A stretch of DNA of 63,899 nucleotides from Vitrella brassicaformis CCMP3155 (lineage: Eukaryota; Protista; Chromerida), in assembly GCA_001179505.1 (NCBI GenBank), contig CDMY01000510.1:290551-354449 (forward strand). The letters run 5' to 3'. Shown here one piece after another: positions 61,419 through 63,899 of this stretch (position 1 is the first letter of the stretch; every line of letters starts with the position of its first letter). The notes beneath the pieces are model-generated. The model did no database searches, was not told the DNA's origin, and saw only the letters and a program-made list of their open reading frames with translations. Both the position numbers and the translations under genes were made by a program.

Positions 61419-63541
61419 ATGAGTGAGCCGATGACAGCAGCATCCGCCCCTTACTCAGCCTGTCTGAGGCGGCTCTTTGCGACTCACGCCATCAAGATGG
61501 GCGTGGTCAACGGCCGCAAACTCGCCGCACTCATGGGCGACCCCCAGATGCGCTTCAAGGCCGTGCACATCGCCGGCACCAACGGCAAGGGCTCCACAGC
61601 CGTCAAGCTTGCCAGTGCCCTGCAGCTGTCCGGCTACCGTGTCGGCCTCTTCACCTCGCCCCACGTGTGCACCTTCCGAGAGCGGATCCGAGTCAACGGG
61701 CAGATGATCTCTGAGGCTGAGGTGGTGGCTCTGGCAGAGGACATCTTCAGCAAGGCCAAGGAGGCCGCGCTCGATGTGACGTTCTTCGAGATCTGCACCC
61801 AGATGGCCTTCTCGCATTTCGCGGCCAAGCAGGTGGAGTGGGCCGTCATCGAGACGGGTCTGGGCGGCCGGCTGGACGCCACCAACATCCTGCTGCCGGA
61901 GCTGTGTGTCATCAGCTCCATAGGGTGGGACCACATGGCCATCCTGGGCGACACTCTCGAGAAGATAGCCATGGAGAAGGCGGGCATCATCAAGGAGGGC
62001 CGGCCGGTGCTGCTGGGGCCGCAGGCGGCCGTGTTCAGCGGCATACATGAGAGGGCGCGGCAGCTGGGCAGCCCACTCGAATGCGTGGAGAAGGGCCCTG
62101 AGCACGAGTCGTTTGACGACGAGAACCAGCGAACTGCTGAGTCAGTCAGTCAGTCAGTCAGTGATCGATATATCACAGATAGAGGGGGCCCGGGATCGAT
62201 GAAGAAGGAAAGGAATCTGTCTGGTGGCGTGTCGTGTGTTTGTGTTGTTGTCTGTCGTCCTTGCCGTGCAGGCGTGCGCTGCGTATGCTTGGTCTTGACT
62301 TGCTCGAGAAGGCCATCAACGATGGCGTTCACCACCTGCCGCCACTCCGGCTGCAGTTCCTGGACAGGGAACATATCGAGGTGAGAGATGTGCGCATGAC
62401 ATGAGGGACAAGAGGAATCACTGTCACATCACCGAGAATGAGAATGCAACACCTCTGTGTGTGTGGTTGTGGTGTGTGTCATGCATGTATCGATGCTTGC
62501 AGGTGGCGATTCACCATGCGGCCTCCCACCTGACTCCCCACCCCATCGCCTCCCTCTCAGCCACCTGTCGGCAGATCGCCGACGACGCACAGACGCACAT
62601 CGAGGAGAACGGCGGCAGCGTCGCCAAGGGGACCCTCACCGCCCTGCCCCAGGGCTCCATCCCTCCGTCACTCGAGAACGACCACTGGGGCGAGAAGGGC
62701 AGCCAGAAGCTGCGGCTGCCCGTGGCTGTGGTGCTGGACGTGGCGCACAACAAGACGGCCCTGGAGCGGCTGTGCGACGGGGTCAAGCAGAGGTGTGGGG
62801 GCAAGGGGGTGCGGGTGGCGGTGTGCCTGTCCAAGGAGAGGAGCCCCAGTGTACTGCTGCCGCTGCTGGAGGTCTTGAGCAACCCAGAGGGAGACGGAAG
62901 CAGCTCTTCGCTCAAGGTTCGTTCGGAGTGCAGTGCACAGATCTGTCTGTCGATGGATAAATGAGTGCATGAATGCGGATGTGTGTGTGGTGTCTGTCCT
63001 GTCTGCAGGGTGTGCATTATCTTCAGCCGAACCATCCGCGCGCCAAGATGTTCCAGGCACTGGTCGACGACTGCAGAGCGTCGGGAGACCCAGCAATCAC
63101 ACAAAGGTAGGTGGGTGAGGACATGCGCTTTCACAACACAACCACACAAGTCAGTCATTCAACATCCACATTGGGTGCTGCATCGTGGCCCTCGGTATGT
63201 GCAGGTTGCTGCCGCTTTTGCTGGAAGGCGCCAACATGCACCACCTCGCCCAGACCATCACTAAGGGCACCAACCGAGAAGGCGACACTGTCGGCGGCTC
63301 GTCGGCCGACACTGCGCCCCATCTGTCCACGCCTCCCTCCCTCTCCGACCATCTGTCTGCGGCATTGCTGGCCGCAGCGGCTGACAATGACGTGCTGATA
63401 GTGTGTGGGACGTTCTTTGTGATGAAGGAGGTGCTCGACACGTTCGGCCTGGCGCCGCTAGAGTGCGACGTGATAGAGATGAATGAGCTGTCGTCCAACC
63501 CCTCGTCTGTCTCGACATCCACCACTGCCAGCGGCAGATAG
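61419..63541 (+). CDS. folC: Dihydrofolate synthase/folylpolyglutamate synthase (FolC family)
   Basis: VHIAGTNGKGST, GLFTSPH...FRERIRVNG, TFFEI, AVIETGLGGRLDATN, SIGWDHMAILGDTLEKIAMEKAGIIK, VLDVAHN and LIVCGTFFVM; TAG at 63539-63541. Confidence 0.95.
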
Positions 63542-63899
63542 GACGTGTGGATGTCTGACCAGATAGGAGGGAGGTGTGGATGTCTGACGACCAGCGCAAG
63601 TGTGTGTCTGACGATTAGATCCAGATCTTGTGAATGAATGAATGCATTCACGAAGGGAAACTGTCATTAACCGTAACACTCGTCTGTGTGTCCGTGATAC
63701 TCATACAAATACAGTCCCATCAGCACGCAGACTCAAACAGGCTCAAGGGGAGGAGGGATCAATCCCCGCCCCATCAGCACACCCCAGTCCCGCAAACCCT
63801 CCCCTCCCTCCCCCACGCAGACAGAAGCTAGTCGCACGCGCGAGGGCGATAGACAAGCGGGAGCGAATCCATCCAGACACATGACTGAACCCCCGACCC

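Noticed and set aside
63540-63615. Short direct repeats gtgtggatgtctgac (2-3 copies) after folC as a CRISPR or element terminus
   Set aside because: Degenerate, irregularly spaced and in a eukaryotic 3' UTR; no cas or transposase context.
51-63884. The many 60-300 aa ORFs rich in CVCV/HTHT/TDRQ or antisense to real exons (e.g. 3501-4211+, 5067-5942-, 31676-32455+, 51747-52436+, 59348-59992+)
   Set aside because: Translations of intronic microsatellites or GC-rich antisense shadows of genuine coding exons.
1-63899. rRNA, tRNA, CRISPR arrays, autonomous transposase or reverse-transcriptase ORFs
   Set aside because: None recognisable by eye; small ncRNAs cannot be excluded without a covariance-model search.

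Overview
Eukaryotic, GC-rich, very intron-dense genomic DNA with (CA)n/(TG)n, (GACA)n and (GATG)n microsatellites in most introns. The style and gene content (BTB/coiled-coil+TLDc family, bipartite plastid leader, apicomplexan-like DHFS-FPGS) point to a chromerid alveolate such as Vitrella brassicaformis; this is inference, not a database result. I reconstructed about 16 spliced genes by hand: cN-II-type 5'-nucleotidase (-), BTB-like/TLDc (+), secreted ShKT-like+ricin-B protein (-), kizuna-like coiled-coil protein (+), RPB8 (-), a ~10.6 kb LamG/Cys-repeat/~22x Sushi gene (+), MKS1 (-), coiled-coil/TLDc (+), katanin p80 (-, spans a 300-N gap), SFI1-like (+), ORC4 (+), two small hypotheticals, a LAMMER/CLK kinase (+), a multi-pass membrane protein (-), a His/Gln-rich putative regulator (-) and FolC (+). 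The most striking observations are: (1) stop codons exactly on conserved Cys and Trp positions of the giant Sushi gene, whose modules are bounded by phase-1 introns; (2) a recurrent palindromic motif TGCGAGCT-N-AGCTCGCA just upstream of several start codons; (3) a Helitron-like 3' end that appears to split an ATG; (4) a cluster of centriole/transition-zone genes with start codons only ~50 bp apart head-to-head. No rRNA, tRNA or CRISPR was seen. Exon boundaries were read by eye and gene ends are approximate.
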